Of a DNA stretch of 64,000 nt, positions 43,635-53,516 are shown one piece after another. The DNA is taken from assembly GCA_919902495.1 (NCBI GenBank), contig CAKKRC010000041.1, positions 30,786 through 94,785 of the forward strand, given 5' to 3'. A program made the translations under genes and the position numbers. The stretch is from Nitrospiria bacterium (lineage in GTDB: Bacteria; Nitrospirota; UBA9217). The notes beneath the pieces are model-generated. The model ran no database searches, was not told the origin of the DNA, and saw only the letters and a list, made by a program, of their open reading frames with translations. Each line of letters starts with the position of its first letter. The first letter of the stretch is position 1.

Positions 43635-43813
43635 CCAAAAGTACCTAATTTAACCACGGAGACACGGAGTCACGGAGAAAAGCGAACCAATGTTGCAACA
43701 ATTAATTAATATATTTCATTACTGCAAGCAAACACATCATTCATTCGTTTTTAAATGCAGTAAGACATTTTGTAGATGTTGCCCCTCTCCGTGTCTCCGT
43801 GCCTCCGTGGTGG
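43635..43813 (-). repeat. hairpin element (CACGGAG units) with degenerate core, opposite orientation
   Basis: CCAAAAGTACCTAA (43635-43648) resembles the reverse complement of the core. Arms ACCACGGAGACACGGAGTCACGGAGAAAAGC (43653-43683) and GCCCCTCTCCGTGTCTCCGTGCCTCCGTGGTGG (43781-43813) flank an AT-rich loop. Confidence 0.8.
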
Positions 43814-43822
43814 TATTTGACT

Positions 43823-45394
43823 TTACAGATCATGCCCCGAATAGGACTGATTGAAGCTCTTGTTGCACAGCGGGAAGTCCGGGACGATATTCCCGTGAAT
43901 GCACTGCTCCAGGCCCAGCCAGTTGACGCTCGACGGGTCCCGGACCATGCAGCGATTGATCTCCCCATTCGGCCCCGACTGCACCCAATAAAGGATCTCC
44001 CCGCGCCAGCCCTCGACCGCGGCGAATCCGGACCGGTCCGGCAATGGATCGCCGATCGGGACGATGAGCCCGTCGGACGGAACGGTCCTCAGGATCTCCC
44101 TGATGATCCTGATTGACTCGCGGATCTCCTCCACCCGAACCCATGCCCGCGCATGCGCGTCGCCGGATATGAGCACCGGTACGTTCACACTGATGCGGTC
44201 ATAGGGAGGGAACGGATGATCTACGCGGCAATCAAGGTTCAGGCCGCTCGCCCGCGCCACGATCCCCACCGCGCAGAGGTCACGCGCCTGCTCCGGCCTG
44301 AGCACGCCGGCGTCCCGCACCCGGTCCTCGAGCGATGCGTTCTCGTCATAGATCGTCACGAGTGGCTCGTACTCTCTCTCCAGCCAGGCCAGCTCGTTGG
44401 TGATCGCCAAGACCCCCTCCCCGTCGATATCTACGACGACCCCCCCGGGAACGATACGGTCCATCAGGAACCGGTGGCCAAAAAGGTGATGGTTCGTGCG
44501 AAGCAGGATCTCCTTGAGGCGGTGGAACTGATAAAAAAGGAAGGTGAAAGCAACATCGTTGCAAATGGCGCCCAGGTCCCCCAGATGATTGGCGATGCGC
44601 TCCCTTTCGAGAAACAGCGCACGGAGCCATTGCGCGCGATCAGGCAGGACGGTGCCGGTCAATGCTTCGACCGCGCGGGAGTAGGACAGACTGTGGGCAA
44701 CGGTCGTATCTCCCGAGACCCTGCCTGCCAGGCGCGCCGCCTCCTGCCAGGAGAACGATTCGAATCGTTTCTCGATGCCTTTATGCACATACCCCAGTTT
44801 TTCTTCCAGATTGATGACATCCTCGCCCATTGCCTGGAACCGGAAATGGCCCGGCTCAATGATCCCGGCATGGACCGGCCCGACCGGGATCTCGTAGATC
44901 CCATCGCCCTCGGCCCGGATCCAGCGATACTCGCCAGGGACCCGCTGCATCGTTGTTTTCGCGTCAAAGGTCTTTCTGAGCGGCCACGCGTTCGCGGGCC
45001 AGTCCTCGTGCTTGATCCATGGCCGGTCGTCGGGATTGCCGACGGGCGTAAGCCCCATGAGGCTCTGGATCTGCCGCTCGAAACGGTAGGCTGCCGCATA
45101 TTTCTTTGTCAGGCTAGGAAACGTCGCATCGCCGACCGGGACCTCGGTCTTAATAACGAGATACTCCTGCTCCCTCCGGAAGCAGGCGAAAACAGCGAAC
45201 CCTCTGCCGAAAGGCGTCTCGTCCGCCGCCCACTCCGCGGCAAGAAGCGCATAGTCCTTCTTGAGCGTCCGTGCCGCATCAGCGAACCGTTTCCGGGGGA
45301 CGACCAGGGACGACACCGAGGACGGCGCGAGGCTGTCATCTTCCCGCGCATCCTTCCCCAGTTCGTTCAGAACAAGGCTTTTCAGTCTGATCAT
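43823..45394 (-). CDS. fused NuoC/NuoD-HycE-like large subunit lacking Ni-Fe cysteine ligands (EhrL-like)
   Basis: GPVHAGIIEPGHFRF and LGYVHKGIEK are as in HycE/HyfG. The L1 motif reads RVSGDTTVAH (44693-44722) and the C-terminal motif reads NQSYSGHDL (43826-43852), so no Cys ligands remain. Confidence 0.85.
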   Translation of the reverse strand: MIRLKSLVLNELGKDAREDDSLAPSSVSSLVVPRKRFADAARTLKKDYALLAAEWAADETPFGRGFAVFACFRREQEYLVIKTEVPVGDATFPSLTKKYAAAYRFERQIQSLMGLTPVGNPDDRPWIKHEDWPANAWPLRKTFDAKTTMQRVPGEYRWIRAEGDGIYEIPVGPVHAGIIEPGHFRFQAMGEDVINLEEKLGYVHKGIEKRFESFSWQEAARLAGRVSGDTTVAHSLSYSRAVEALTGTVLPDRAQWLRALFLERERIANHLGDLGAICNDVAFTFLFYQFHRLKEILLRTNHHLFGHRFLMDRIVPGGVVVDIDGEGVLAITNELAWLEREYEPLVTIYDENASLEDRVRDAGVLRPEQARDLCAVGIVARASGLNLDCRVDHPFPPYDRISVNVPVLISGDAHARAWVRVEEIRESIRIIREILRTVPSDGLIVPIGDPLPDRSGFAAVEGWRGEILYWVQSGPNGEINRCMVRDPSSVNWLGLEQCIHGNIVPDFPLCNKSFNQSYSGHDL

Positions 45395-45499
45395 TTCATG
45401 TCATCCTATAGATAGACCACTTCACCACAGAGACACAGAATAAAGCAAAGATCTGTTTTCACCGCGTCCCCGCGTCTCCGTGTCCCCGCATCGGACGTA

Positions 45500-46948
45500 T
45501 TACTTCAGCAGCCCCACCGCCGTATGGAACCAATCGGCAAGGAACTTCGGCATATAGATGCCGATCCCGAGGACAAGAAACATGTGTAAGAGGACCGGTA
45601 CGTGGGCCACCTTCAGGAACTTCTGGTGCGGCGGAACCTCACCGGTGACCATGGGCTGTACCTTCCGAAAGAGCGCGGCAAAGGTAACGCCAAGCCCCAG
45701 GAGCAGGAACGGCGCCATGAGCGGCGCGTCCTTGATCGTCGCGGTAAGGATCAGGAACTCGCTCATGAACACGCCGAAGGGCGGCATGCCCACGATCGCC
45801 ATGACGCCGAACGTCATTCCCCAGCCGACCAGCGGGTTCCCCCGGATAAGGCCCTGGATCCTGTCCATGTCCTGCGTTCGGTGCATCTGCGACGCGTGTC
45901 CGACGGTAAAGAAGATCGCTGACTTGGTCAGGCTGTGGACCAGCATGTGCAGCAATGCGCCGAAGGTGGCAACAGGGCCGCCGAGGCCGAAGGCGAAGGT
46001 GGTGATCCCCATGTGTTCGATCGACGAATAGGCGAACATCCTCTTGATGTCCTTTTGCCTGAGCAGCGAGAACGAAGCGACGATGACCGAGAGAATGCCA
46101 AAGCCCATCATGATGTTCCCGGCGTGGTGCGTGCCCGTGGACCCGTCCACGAGGACCTTGCACCGCACCAGCGCGTACAGGGCGATATTGAGCAGAAGCC
46201 CGGAGAGGACAGCCGAGATGGGCGTTGGTCCTTCGCTGTGCGCGTCGGGCAGCCAGTTATGTACCGGCACAAGTCCCACTTTCGTTCCGTACCCGACCAT
46301 GAGAAACACAAAGGCAAGGGACAGGATGGTCGGTTCGAGCTGGTCGCTCACCTGGCTGAGATTCGTCCAGAGCAGCGCCTCACCGCCCGCCCCGAGCACC
46401 TTTTCCGCCGCAAAGTACAGCAGAACGGTTCCGAACAGCGCCAGCGCGATGCCCACGCCGCAGAGGATGAAGTACTTCCATGCAGCTTCGATCGCCGACG
46501 GTGTGCGATAGAGCGATACTAGCAGGACCGTGGACAGGGTTGCGAGCTCCATGGCGATCCAGAGGACACCCACGTTGTTCGTAAGCAGACAGAGCAGCAT
46601 GGCGAAGATGAAAAGCTGGAACATGGCATGATAGAACCGTATCCGGCGGTGCCCGATGGTCCCATGCTCCCGCTCCCGTCGCATATAACGCCTGCTGAAC
46701 AACGCCGTCGTCATGGAAACGAACGAGGTCAGCACCGCCAGGTAGACATTGAAGGCGTCGACAAAGAAGAACTTGTCCCCTGCCAGCATCGGTCCGTGGT
46801 GATAGACCTCCAGCGCAAGCGCGATGCCGGCAACGAAGGTCGCCGCCGAGCCCAGGATGTTCACTTCAGGCGCGAACTTCCGGTCGCCGATGAAGGCCAG
46901 CGCCAGCGATGCGACCAGCGGAACACATAAGAGAACAAGAAGGATCAT
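45500..46948 (-). CDS. NuoM/N-HyfF-like antiporter-type subunit
   Basis: 482-aa, ~14-TM protein of the proton-conducting membrane transporter family (WLPDAHSEGPTPISAVLSG). Confidence 0.85.
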   Translation of the reverse strand: MILLVLLCVPLVASLALAFIGDRKFAPEVNILGSAATFVAGIALALEVYHHGPMLAGDKFFFVDAFNVYLAVLTSFVSMTTALFSRRYMRREREHGTIGHRRIRFYHAMFQLFIFAMLLCLLTNNVGVLWIAMELATLSTVLLVSLYRTPSAIEAAWKYFILCGVGIALALFGTVLLYFAAEKVLGAGGEALLWTNLSQVSDQLEPTILSLAFVFLMVGYGTKVGLVPVHNWLPDAHSEGPTPISAVLSGLLLNIALYALVRCKVLVDGSTGTHHAGNIMMGFGILSVIVASFSLLRQKDIKRMFAYSSIEHMGITTFAFGLGGPVATFGALLHMLVHSLTKSAIFFTVGHASQMHRTQDMDRIQGLIRGNPLVGWGMTFGVMAIVGMPPFGVFMSEFLILTATIKDAPLMAPFLLLGLGVTFAALFRKVQPMVTGEVPPHQKFLKVAHVPVLLHMFLVLGIGIYMPKFLADWFHTAVGLLK

Positions 46949-46960
46949 GAGACCTCAATA

Positions 46961-47049
46961 CATTGGAAATATCAAATTGTAAATTAGAAATTGAATATTT
47001 TTAACGACAGCTTCTCGATCCATCAATTTGATATTTACAATTTGCAATG
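46961..47049. repeat. AT-rich hairpin element (CAAATTG/ATATCAAATTG units)
   Basis: CATTGGAAATATCAAATTGTAAAT... versus ...ATCAATTTGATATTTACAATTTGCAATG. Lies between the HyfE-like and HyfF-like genes. Confidence 0.65.
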
Positions 47050-47060
47050 ACGCGTCAGCG

Positions 47061-47726
47061 TCAATCTTCTTCCTTCAACCTCGCCATCTGGTCCACGTCG
47101 AGGCTGTCAAAGGTCGTATTGATGTGGAAAAAGAAAATACCGAAGATGAATGCCGCGATAAGGATGTCCAGGGCGACGCCGAGTTCGACCACCAGCGGCA
47201 TCCCGTAGGTCGCGCTGGTGGCGGCGAAAAAGAGGCCGTTCTCCATGGCGAGGAAACCGATGATCTGGGTGACCGCGTGCCGCCGGGTGATCATCATAAG
47301 GAGGCCGAGCATCACGGTGGCAAGCGCGACCGCAAGCGTCGACTTGGTCATCAGGGTGGACAGTTCACGGATCGGCGCGGTCAGATGGTAGGAAAAGATC
47401 ACCAGGGCAATTCCGATAAGCATGGTCGTCGGGACGTTCACGATCGTCTCCACCTCGCGGTGGATCTTCAATTTCCGGATCAGCACATGAAGGATGTACG
47501 GAAGCAGGATGACCTTGATCGCCAGGGTCAGCACCGATGAGATATACAAGTGATGCGATTGGGCAGCGAATCCAACGACGGCGGTGCTGATGGAGAGGAA
47601 CAATCCCTGCCAGGCAAACAGGTGCAGGAGCGCGTACATCCTGCGCTGCACGAGCATGGCAAAGGCCGTGAGCAGGATAAGCGCTGCCAGAAGGCTGTTC
47701 AGCTGTGCGGCAAAAGCGTAGCTCAT
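47061..47726 (-). CDS. HyfE-like membrane subunit
   Basis: 221-aa 7-TM protein. The GFLAMENGLFFAA motif is typical of hydrogenase-4 component E. Confidence 0.8.
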   Translation of the reverse strand: MSYAFAAQLNSLLAALILLTAFAMLVQRRMYALLHLFAWQGLFLSISTAVVGFAAQSHHLYISSVLTLAIKVILLPYILHVLIRKLKIHREVETIVNVPTTMLIGIALVIFSYHLTAPIRELSTLMTKSTLAVALATVMLGLLMMITRRHAVTQIIGFLAMENGLFFAATSATYGMPLVVELGVALDILIAAFIFGIFFFHINTTFDSLDVDQMARLKEED

Positions 47727-47782
47727 CGGTTCCCTTCCTGAGATAACGACGGAATCAACTTAAAATTAAAATGACAAGACTA

Positions 47783-47907
47783 TTTTCTCGCAAAGTCGCT
47801 AAGCTCGCAAAGAAAAGCAAATCCAGACTGACAATACCAAGACTTAAAGATCTTCTTTGCGTCCTTTGCGGCTCGCCTTAAAGCGCCTACTTTTGGTTGC
47901 GAGAGAC
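47783..47907 (+). repeat. MITE-like hairpin element (CGCAAAG units) with conserved core
   Basis: Left arm TTTTCTCGCAAAGTCGCTAAGCTCGCAAAGAAAAGC. Right arm TCTTCTTTGCGTCCTTTGCGGCTCGCC. Core GCGCCTACTTTTGG at 47883-47896. Closing TTGCGAGAGAC pairs with the left end. Confidence 0.85.
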
Positions 47908-47962
47908 GCCGTTTGGTTCTGCTTATCCGGTTTGGATCTTAAAACATCAAACGCCGTCCATT

Positions 47963-48907
47963 CTATTCCAGGATAAAGAACGACAGCATCCCGAGCGTGG
48001 CAAAAAGGAAAGCGCTCCCGAGAAATTCAGTCACGCGGAATATCCGCATCTTTGCCAGTCCGGTCTCGATCAGGACAAGCCCGACCCCGGAGATGCCAAG
48101 CTTCAGGGACATTATCAGAAAGGAGGAAGCAAGGCCCGCGGCCCCTCCTGCGGCATCGATACCCCAGGGGAAGAACACGGCGATACCGAGGGTGATGAAC
48201 AAAAAAAGCTTCATCATCTTCGCCCATTCGATGAGCGCAAGATGCCGGCCGGAATATTCGAGGATCATCGCTTCGTGGATCATGGTAAGTTCCAGATGCG
48301 TCGCAGGATTATCGACCGGCACCCTCCCCGTCTCTGTCAACGCAATGAGAATGAAGGCCAGGAGCGCGAATGCAAGGGACGGCCGAAGGATGGAATATCC
48401 CTGGGATACCACAATGGCCATCTGGGACAGCGACGTCGACTTGCTTGCCAGGGAAACAGCGAAGATCGCCATGAGCATGGCCGGCTCGGCAAGCGACGCG
48501 ATCGTCATCTCCCTGCTCGAGCCCATACCGCCGAATGACGTGCCGATGTCCATGCCCGCCAGCGCTGTAAAGAACCGTGCAATGGCAAAGAGCGCCACGA
48601 GCGCGATAACGTCTGCCGTGGCCGACAACGGCAGGTCAACAGAGATGATCGGGATGATGCCACCGGCCAGTACGGTGACGCCAAAGACGAGGTACGGAGT
48701 GGACCGGAATATCCACGAGGCGTTCTCGGCAAGAGCTACGTCCTTGGAAAACAATTTACAGAGGTCGCGGTAGGGCTGGAGCAGGCTCGGCGATGTGCGT
48801 CCCTGCGACCAGCACTTCACCATTTTCACCCACCCCGCGAACAGCGGAGCCGCAAAGAGAAGTACAAAGACCTGGATGAGCTCTATGAGCAACGGATGGA
48901 CCTTCAA
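47963..48907 (-). CDS. NuoH/HyfC-like membrane subunit
   Basis: 314-aa 8-TM protein of the complex I subunit 1 family (GRVPVDNPATHLELTMIHEAMILEYSG). Confidence 0.85.
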   Translation of the reverse strand: MKVHPLLIELIQVFVLLFAAPLFAGWVKMVKCWSQGRTSPSLLQPYRDLCKLFSKDVALAENASWIFRSTPYLVFGVTVLAGGIIPIISVDLPLSATADVIALVALFAIARFFTALAGMDIGTSFGGMGSSREMTIASLAEPAMLMAIFAVSLASKSTSLSQMAIVVSQGYSILRPSLAFALLAFILIALTETGRVPVDNPATHLELTMIHEAMILEYSGRHLALIEWAKMMKLFLFITLGIAVFFPWGIDAAGGAAGLASSFLIMSLKLGISGVGLVLIETGLAKMRIFRVTEFLGSAFLFATLGMLSFFILE

Positions 48908-48954
48908 TCAATGACTCCTGACGCGATACGCATATTCCGCAAAATGATCTTCAT

Positions 48955-50997
48955 TTACAAGAACAGCAGCAGAACAATGATCGTCACAAAGGAATAGATC
49001 AGATATACCTGGATCCGGCCCTGCTGCAGCTTTCCCACCTTGCGGGAGATCCAGAAGCTTACGTCTATCACCGGTTTGTACAGCCATCCCCAGAAACGGT
49101 CACGTACGCGAAGACGGTACTGGAGCCGTTCGGGAAAGGCCGGATGCGCCCCCGGCGGGAACGGCTTCACTTCTTCTTTCACCGAGAACAGGAATCCCAA
49201 TATCCGGCGCAGCGGCATGGAGAACGACGTGGCCGTGTACTGCATTCTCGAAGTGATCTTTTCAAAACCGCAGTCCCACAACGGCACCCGGTGGATGGTC
49301 CCGGGTCGCGTATGGAGAATAAGGTACGTCACCACGACAACTGCCAGGATGCCGACAAAAGCAACCGGGGCAGAATAGGAGGCCCGCTCAGCGGCGATCG
49401 GCGTAAGCCACATCCATCCGAAGCCCGCGGCGGAGGACGCGATCTTTCCGCCCACCAGTTGTTCCGTAATGGGGTCCATCCAGTGGATCAGGTAGGTCGG
49501 AAAGACGCCGAGGCCCAGGCACGTGATCGCGGCCAGAAGCATGCCGGCTCGCATGGCCCAGCCGACCTCATGCACACGGTGATGATGAGTTCCCCGCCGG
49601 TGCCCGAGGAACGTGATCCCGAACGCCTTTACGAAGCCGGCGGCAGCCAGCGCGCCGCTTAACGCCAGAAGCGCCGCCCCCAGGGGGATCAGCAGGTTCA
49701 GGATGGGACTCTCGAGCGCCGGGGACAGCAGGAATGCCTGATAGGTCAGCCACTCCGATACAAAGCCGTTAAAAGGCGGAAGGGCCGAGATGGATACGCA
49801 CCCTACAAGAAACAAGGCGGCGGTCCATGGCAGGTCCCTGATCAGTCCTCCCATGTTCTCCATGTTCCGTTCATGGGTGGCATGGAGCACCGCACCCGCC
49901 CCCATAAACAGGAGCCCTTTGTACATCGCGTGATTCAGCGTATGGTACAGCGCCGCGATGAGCGCAAGCGCCGCAAGCAGCACCATCTCCGAGGAGCTGA
50001 AGATCATGGAAAGCCCGATACCGATCAGGATAATGCCGATGTTCTTCACCGAGCTGTAGGCAAGGAGCTTTTTCAGGTCCTGCTGCATCACCGCGGACAA
50101 CATGCCTACGACCGCGGAAATGAGGCCGAAGATCAGCACCAGCGCGCCCCACCAGACGGGGAAATCGCCGATGAGGTCGAAGACCACACGGATGATCCCG
50201 TAGATGGCCGTCTTGAGCATCACGCCGCTCATGAGCGCCGATACGTTCGAAGGCGCTACCGGGTGGGCTTCCGGCAGCCAGACATGGAGTGGAACGACCC
50301 CTGCCTTGGCGGAGAACCCGAAGAACGCAAGAAGGAACGCCGCCGTTGCCCACCCTGCCGGAAGATCGGTCTCCCGCATCGCGTCGAACGTATAGCCTTC
50401 GAAGCCGTGGTAATCCGTTGCAAGTCCCGCCATCACGCCGAAAGACAGCAGGATCGCGATCGCGCCCACATGGGCCACGACCAGGTACAGCAGCGCGGCC
50501 CTGCGGTTCTCGATGCGTTCATCCTCGAAGAGCACAAGGAAATAGGAGGAAGCTGCCATGATCTCCCAGGACACCAGGAAGATGAAGGCATCGTCCGACA
50601 GGACCACGAGGAACATCCCGGCAAGGAACAGCGACGAGAATATGACCAGGCTGGTCACCTGCCGATGGCCGAGGAATCCCTTGACATATCCCACTGAATA
50701 GACGGAAACGAAGAATGCCAGGAGCCCGATCACCGCGAGAAAGAATCCCGACAGGTGGTCAAGCCGCAGATGGACGGGAAGGTCGGGAAGGCCCAGGGGA
50801 AGGATCACCTGGGCGATCGTGCCGCGTGACACTGCCCAGACGCCGGCACCAGCGGTAAGCAGCGCAGCGACCGCCATAAGCGAATATCCGGCGGTTATGA
50901 GGAGGCGTTGATGGGAGCGCAGGAACAGCGCCAGCAGCACAACGAGCAGCAATACCGCGAAGGATAGTGACAGGATAGTTGCGGGAGTAATGATCAC
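48955..50997 (-). CDS. NuoL/HyfB-like antiporter-type subunit
   Basis: 680-aa polytopic protein (WLPEAHPVAPSNVSALMSG). GTG start preceded by GGGGAGG. Confidence 0.85.
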   Translation of the reverse strand: MIITPATILSLSFAVLLLVVLLALFLRSHQRLLITAGYSLMAVAALLTAGAGVWAVSRGTIAQVILPLGLPDLPVHLRLDHLSGFFLAVIGLLAFFVSVYSVGYVKGFLGHRQVTSLVIFSSLFLAGMFLVVLSDDAFIFLVSWEIMAASSYFLVLFEDERIENRRAALLYLVVAHVGAIAILLSFGVMAGLATDYHGFEGYTFDAMRETDLPAGWATAAFLLAFFGFSAKAGVVPLHVWLPEAHPVAPSNVSALMSGVMLKTAIYGIIRVVFDLIGDFPVWWGALVLIFGLISAVVGMLSAVMQQDLKKLLAYSSVKNIGIILIGIGLSMIFSSSEMVLLAALALIAALYHTLNHAMYKGLLFMGAGAVLHATHERNMENMGGLIRDLPWTAALFLVGCVSISALPPFNGFVSEWLTYQAFLLSPALESPILNLLIPLGAALLALSGALAAAGFVKAFGITFLGHRRGTHHHRVHEVGWAMRAGMLLAAITCLGLGVFPTYLIHWMDPITEQLVGGKIASSAAGFGWMWLTPIAAERASYSAPVAFVGILAVVVVTYLILHTRPGTIHRVPLWDCGFEKITSRMQYTATSFSMPLRRILGFLFSVKEEVKPFPPGAHPAFPERLQYRLRVRDRFWGWLYKPVIDVSFWISRKVGKLQQGRIQVYLIYSFVTIIVLLLFL

Positions 50998-51350
50998 CGT
51001 GCCTCCCCTGTCCTGACCGGGAGGGGATGTTGTGTACTGCTGGTTTCACTGTTCGGAAGGACTATTCGGGAAGGTACTGGTGTGAATAGAGATAGAGATA
51101 TGACTGCCGGTAAATTGTGCGATGCATTCATTTTTCAAAAAACCGTCACCGTAATGTATCCAGGGTGGATGTGTCAGAACGAAAAAACTTTACAATAAAT
51201 GAAGGGGTTCTGTCAATGATAAAATGCTTTCCCGGAGAGGAAAACGCGGGTTGATGTGGCCCTTCCCCACCCAGCCTCCTCCTTTATTGATCGTCTCAAA
51301 ATAGAAACGACATGACCGAGATCCGTCTCCCCAACACCTCTATCATAATT

Positions 51351-51404
51351 CCCCTCACCCCTGCCCCTCTCCCCATTGTGGGAGAGGGAAAAAGGGAGAG
51401 GGTG
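51351..51404. repeat. palindromic CCCTCTCCC/GGGAGAGGG element
   Basis: Inner 9-bp stem 51365-51373/51380-51388, flanked by further C-rich and G-rich runs. Confidence 0.75.
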
Positions 51405-51501
51405 CTTCATGATCGAGGGGCTACAGCATATCCTCCCCTTGGTATCAGGAAAGGTACGGATCTGTTCGTTCAGCATAGCAGGGGGATGTATAAAAATGAG
51501 C

Positions 51502-53460
51502 TCATGACGCGATTCTTTTGAAGATCACCATTCCCAGCGGCGGAACCGTGATCGAGAGGGAATGGTCTTTCCCGTGCATGGGAACAGGCGTGGATACGAC
51601 GCCGCCGAAATTGCCCTGTCCGCTGCCGCCGTACTCCTGAGAATCGCTGTTCAGGACCTCACGCCAATATCCGCCTGACGGCACGCCGACGAGATAATTG
51701 TGCCTCGGCACCGGCGTGAAATTGCTGACGACGAGCAGGACATCATCGCGGTCCTTCCCTTTCCGGAAATAGCTCACCACGCTCTGCTCCCAGTCGCTAA
51801 GGTCGCCCCACGCGAAGCCATCGTTCACGAAGTCGAGCTCATAGAGCGCCGGCTCGCCGCGATACAGGATGTTCAGGTGCTTCATCCACGTCTGGACCGA
51901 CCGGTGTGCGGGGAACTGGAGCAGGTGCCAGTCCAGGCTCCTTTCGTGGTCCCACTCGCTCCACTGGCCGAACTCGGCGCCCATGAACAGGAGCTTCTTC
52001 CCGGGATGGGTGTAGAGATAGCCCATCAGGAGCCGCAGGTTCGCGAACTTCTGCCAGTCGTCTCCGGGCATCTTGTTCAGGAGCGAACCCTTGCCGTGCA
52101 CCACTTCGTCGTGGGACAGGGAGAGCATGAAGTTCTCGAAGAATGCGTACCAGATGCTGAAGGTCAGCTGGTTATGGTGATATTTCCGGAACACCGGGTC
52201 GGTCGTAAAATACGCAAGCGTGTCGTGCATCCAGCCCATGTTCCACTTCATCCCGAAGCCCAGCCCGCCGACATACACGGGCCGCGAGACCATGGGCCAT
52301 GATGTGGACTCCTCGGCAATGGTCTGAACGTCGGGGAATCTGCGATAGACCTCCTCGTTCAGCCGCCGGAGAAATGTGATTGCCTCGATGTTCTCCTTGC
52401 CGCCGTACTGGTTGGGGATCCACTCGCCTTCCTTCCGCGAGTAATCGAGGTAGAGCATGGACGCCACGCCGTCGATCCTGATGCCGTCAACGTGGTACCG
52501 TTCGAGCCAGAACAGTGCGCTGCTCACGAGGAAGGAGCGGACCTCGTGCCTGCCGTAGTTGAAGATATAGCTCTTCCAGTCGGGGTGAAAGCCCTTTTGC
52601 GGGTCCGCATGCTCGAAAAGATGGGTCCCGTCGAAGTAAGCGAGGCCGTGCTCGTCGCTCGGGAAGTGCGACGGCACCCAGTCGAGGATCACGCCGATCC
52701 CGTTCTGGTGCAGATGGTCGACGAGATACATCATGTCCTGCGGGCTGCCGTACCTGCTCGAAGGGGCAAAGTACCCCGTGGTCTGGTATCCCCAGGACCC
52801 GTAGAAGGGATGTTCCATCACGGGCATGAGCTGCACATGGGTGAACCCCATCTCTTTCATATACTCTGCCAGGGATTCCGCCATCTCCCGGTAGGTGAGA
52901 TAGCCGTTGTTCCGCTCAACGGCCCGGGCCCATGAGCCCGGGTGTATCTCATAGACCGACATCGGGGCAGAGAGGCTGTTCGCCCGGTGCCGGTCCTTCA
53001 TCCATGCATCGTCCTTCCATTGATACTTGAGGTCGCAGACGATCGAGGCGGTCCGTGGCGGCGCCTCCCAGCAGAAGGCAAAGGGGTCGCCCTTGTCCGC
53101 GCGATAGCCCGCATGGCGCGAGATGACATGGTATTTATAGAACGCACCAGCCTCGATGCCCGGGATGAACCCTTCCCAGATGCCGGACCCGTCCCAGCGG
53201 GCGCTCAGGTGATGGGATCCCTTGTTCCATTGGTTGAACTCGCCGATGACCGATACCCTCTCCGCTTCCGGCGCCCAGACGGCAAAGAGCGTGCCCTTCA
53301 TGCCCTCATGCACCATCGGATGGGCTCCAAGCTTGTCATACAGGCTGAAGTGGCTCCCCTCCTTGAACAGGTAGATGTCATGGTCCGTCAGAAGGCTCGG
53401 GCCATGGACCGCTGGGACCTGCTTTTTTGTCTTTTTGCCTTGCGCACCCATAGGGACCAC
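51502..53460 (-). CDS. glgB: 1,4-alpha-glucan branching enzyme
   Basis: 652 aa with [34 protein letters not shown] and SHDEVVHGK (GH13 catalytic regions). Confidence 0.95.
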   Translation of the reverse strand: MVPMGAQGKKTKKQVPAVHGPSLLTDHDIYLFKEGSHFSLYDKLGAHPMVHEGMKGTLFAVWAPEAERVSVIGEFNQWNKGSHHLSARWDGSGIWEGFIPGIEAGAFYKYHVISRHAGYRADKGDPFAFCWEAPPRTASIVCDLKYQWKDDAWMKDRHRANSLSAPMSVYEIHPGSWARAVERNNGYLTYREMAESLAEYMKEMGFTHVQLMPVMEHPFYGSWGYQTTGYFAPSSRYGSPQDMMYLVDHLHQNGIGVILDWVPSHFPSDEHGLAYFDGTHLFEHADPQKGFHPDWKSYIFNYGRHEVRSFLVSSALFWLERYHVDGIRIDGVASMLYLDYSRKEGEWIPNQYGGKENIEAITFLRRLNEEVYRRFPDVQTIAEESTSWPMVSRPVYVGGLGFGMKWNMGWMHDTLAYFTTDPVFRKYHHNQLTFSIWYAFFENFMLSLSHDEVVHGKGSLLNKMPGDDWQKFANLRLLMGYLYTHPGKKLLFMGAEFGQWSEWDHERSLDWHLLQFPAHRSVQTWMKHLNILYRGEPALYELDFVNDGFAWGDLSDWEQSVVSYFRKGKDRDDVLLVVSNFTPVPRHNYLVGVPSGGYWREVLNSDSQEYGGSGQGNFGGVVSTPVPMHGKDHSLSITVPPLGMVIFKRIAS

Positions 53461-53516
53461 CTTCTCGGGAATTGAATCTCCCGTAGCAAACTACGGAGGA
53501 TCGTGGCTTTTGACTC

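Noticed and set aside
43823-45394. Calling the cluster a formate hydrogenlyase / hydrogenase-4 (hyf) or Ech/Mbh [NiFe] hydrogenase.
   Set aside because: The large subunit lacks all four Ni-Fe cysteine ligands. No HycF-like ferredoxin, formate dehydrogenase or maturation genes are present.
51213-51476. ORFs translated from repeat elements. Examples: 51213-51476(-), 53375-53644(+), 53378-53602(-), 10468-10776(+), 37451-37726(+) and 62510-63046(+), the last three sharing the peptide LEAPTFG.
   Set aside because: The shared peptides arise from the palindromic or core repeats themselves. The ORFs have no RBS and no domain signatures, and they cross intergenic regions or run antisense to real genes.
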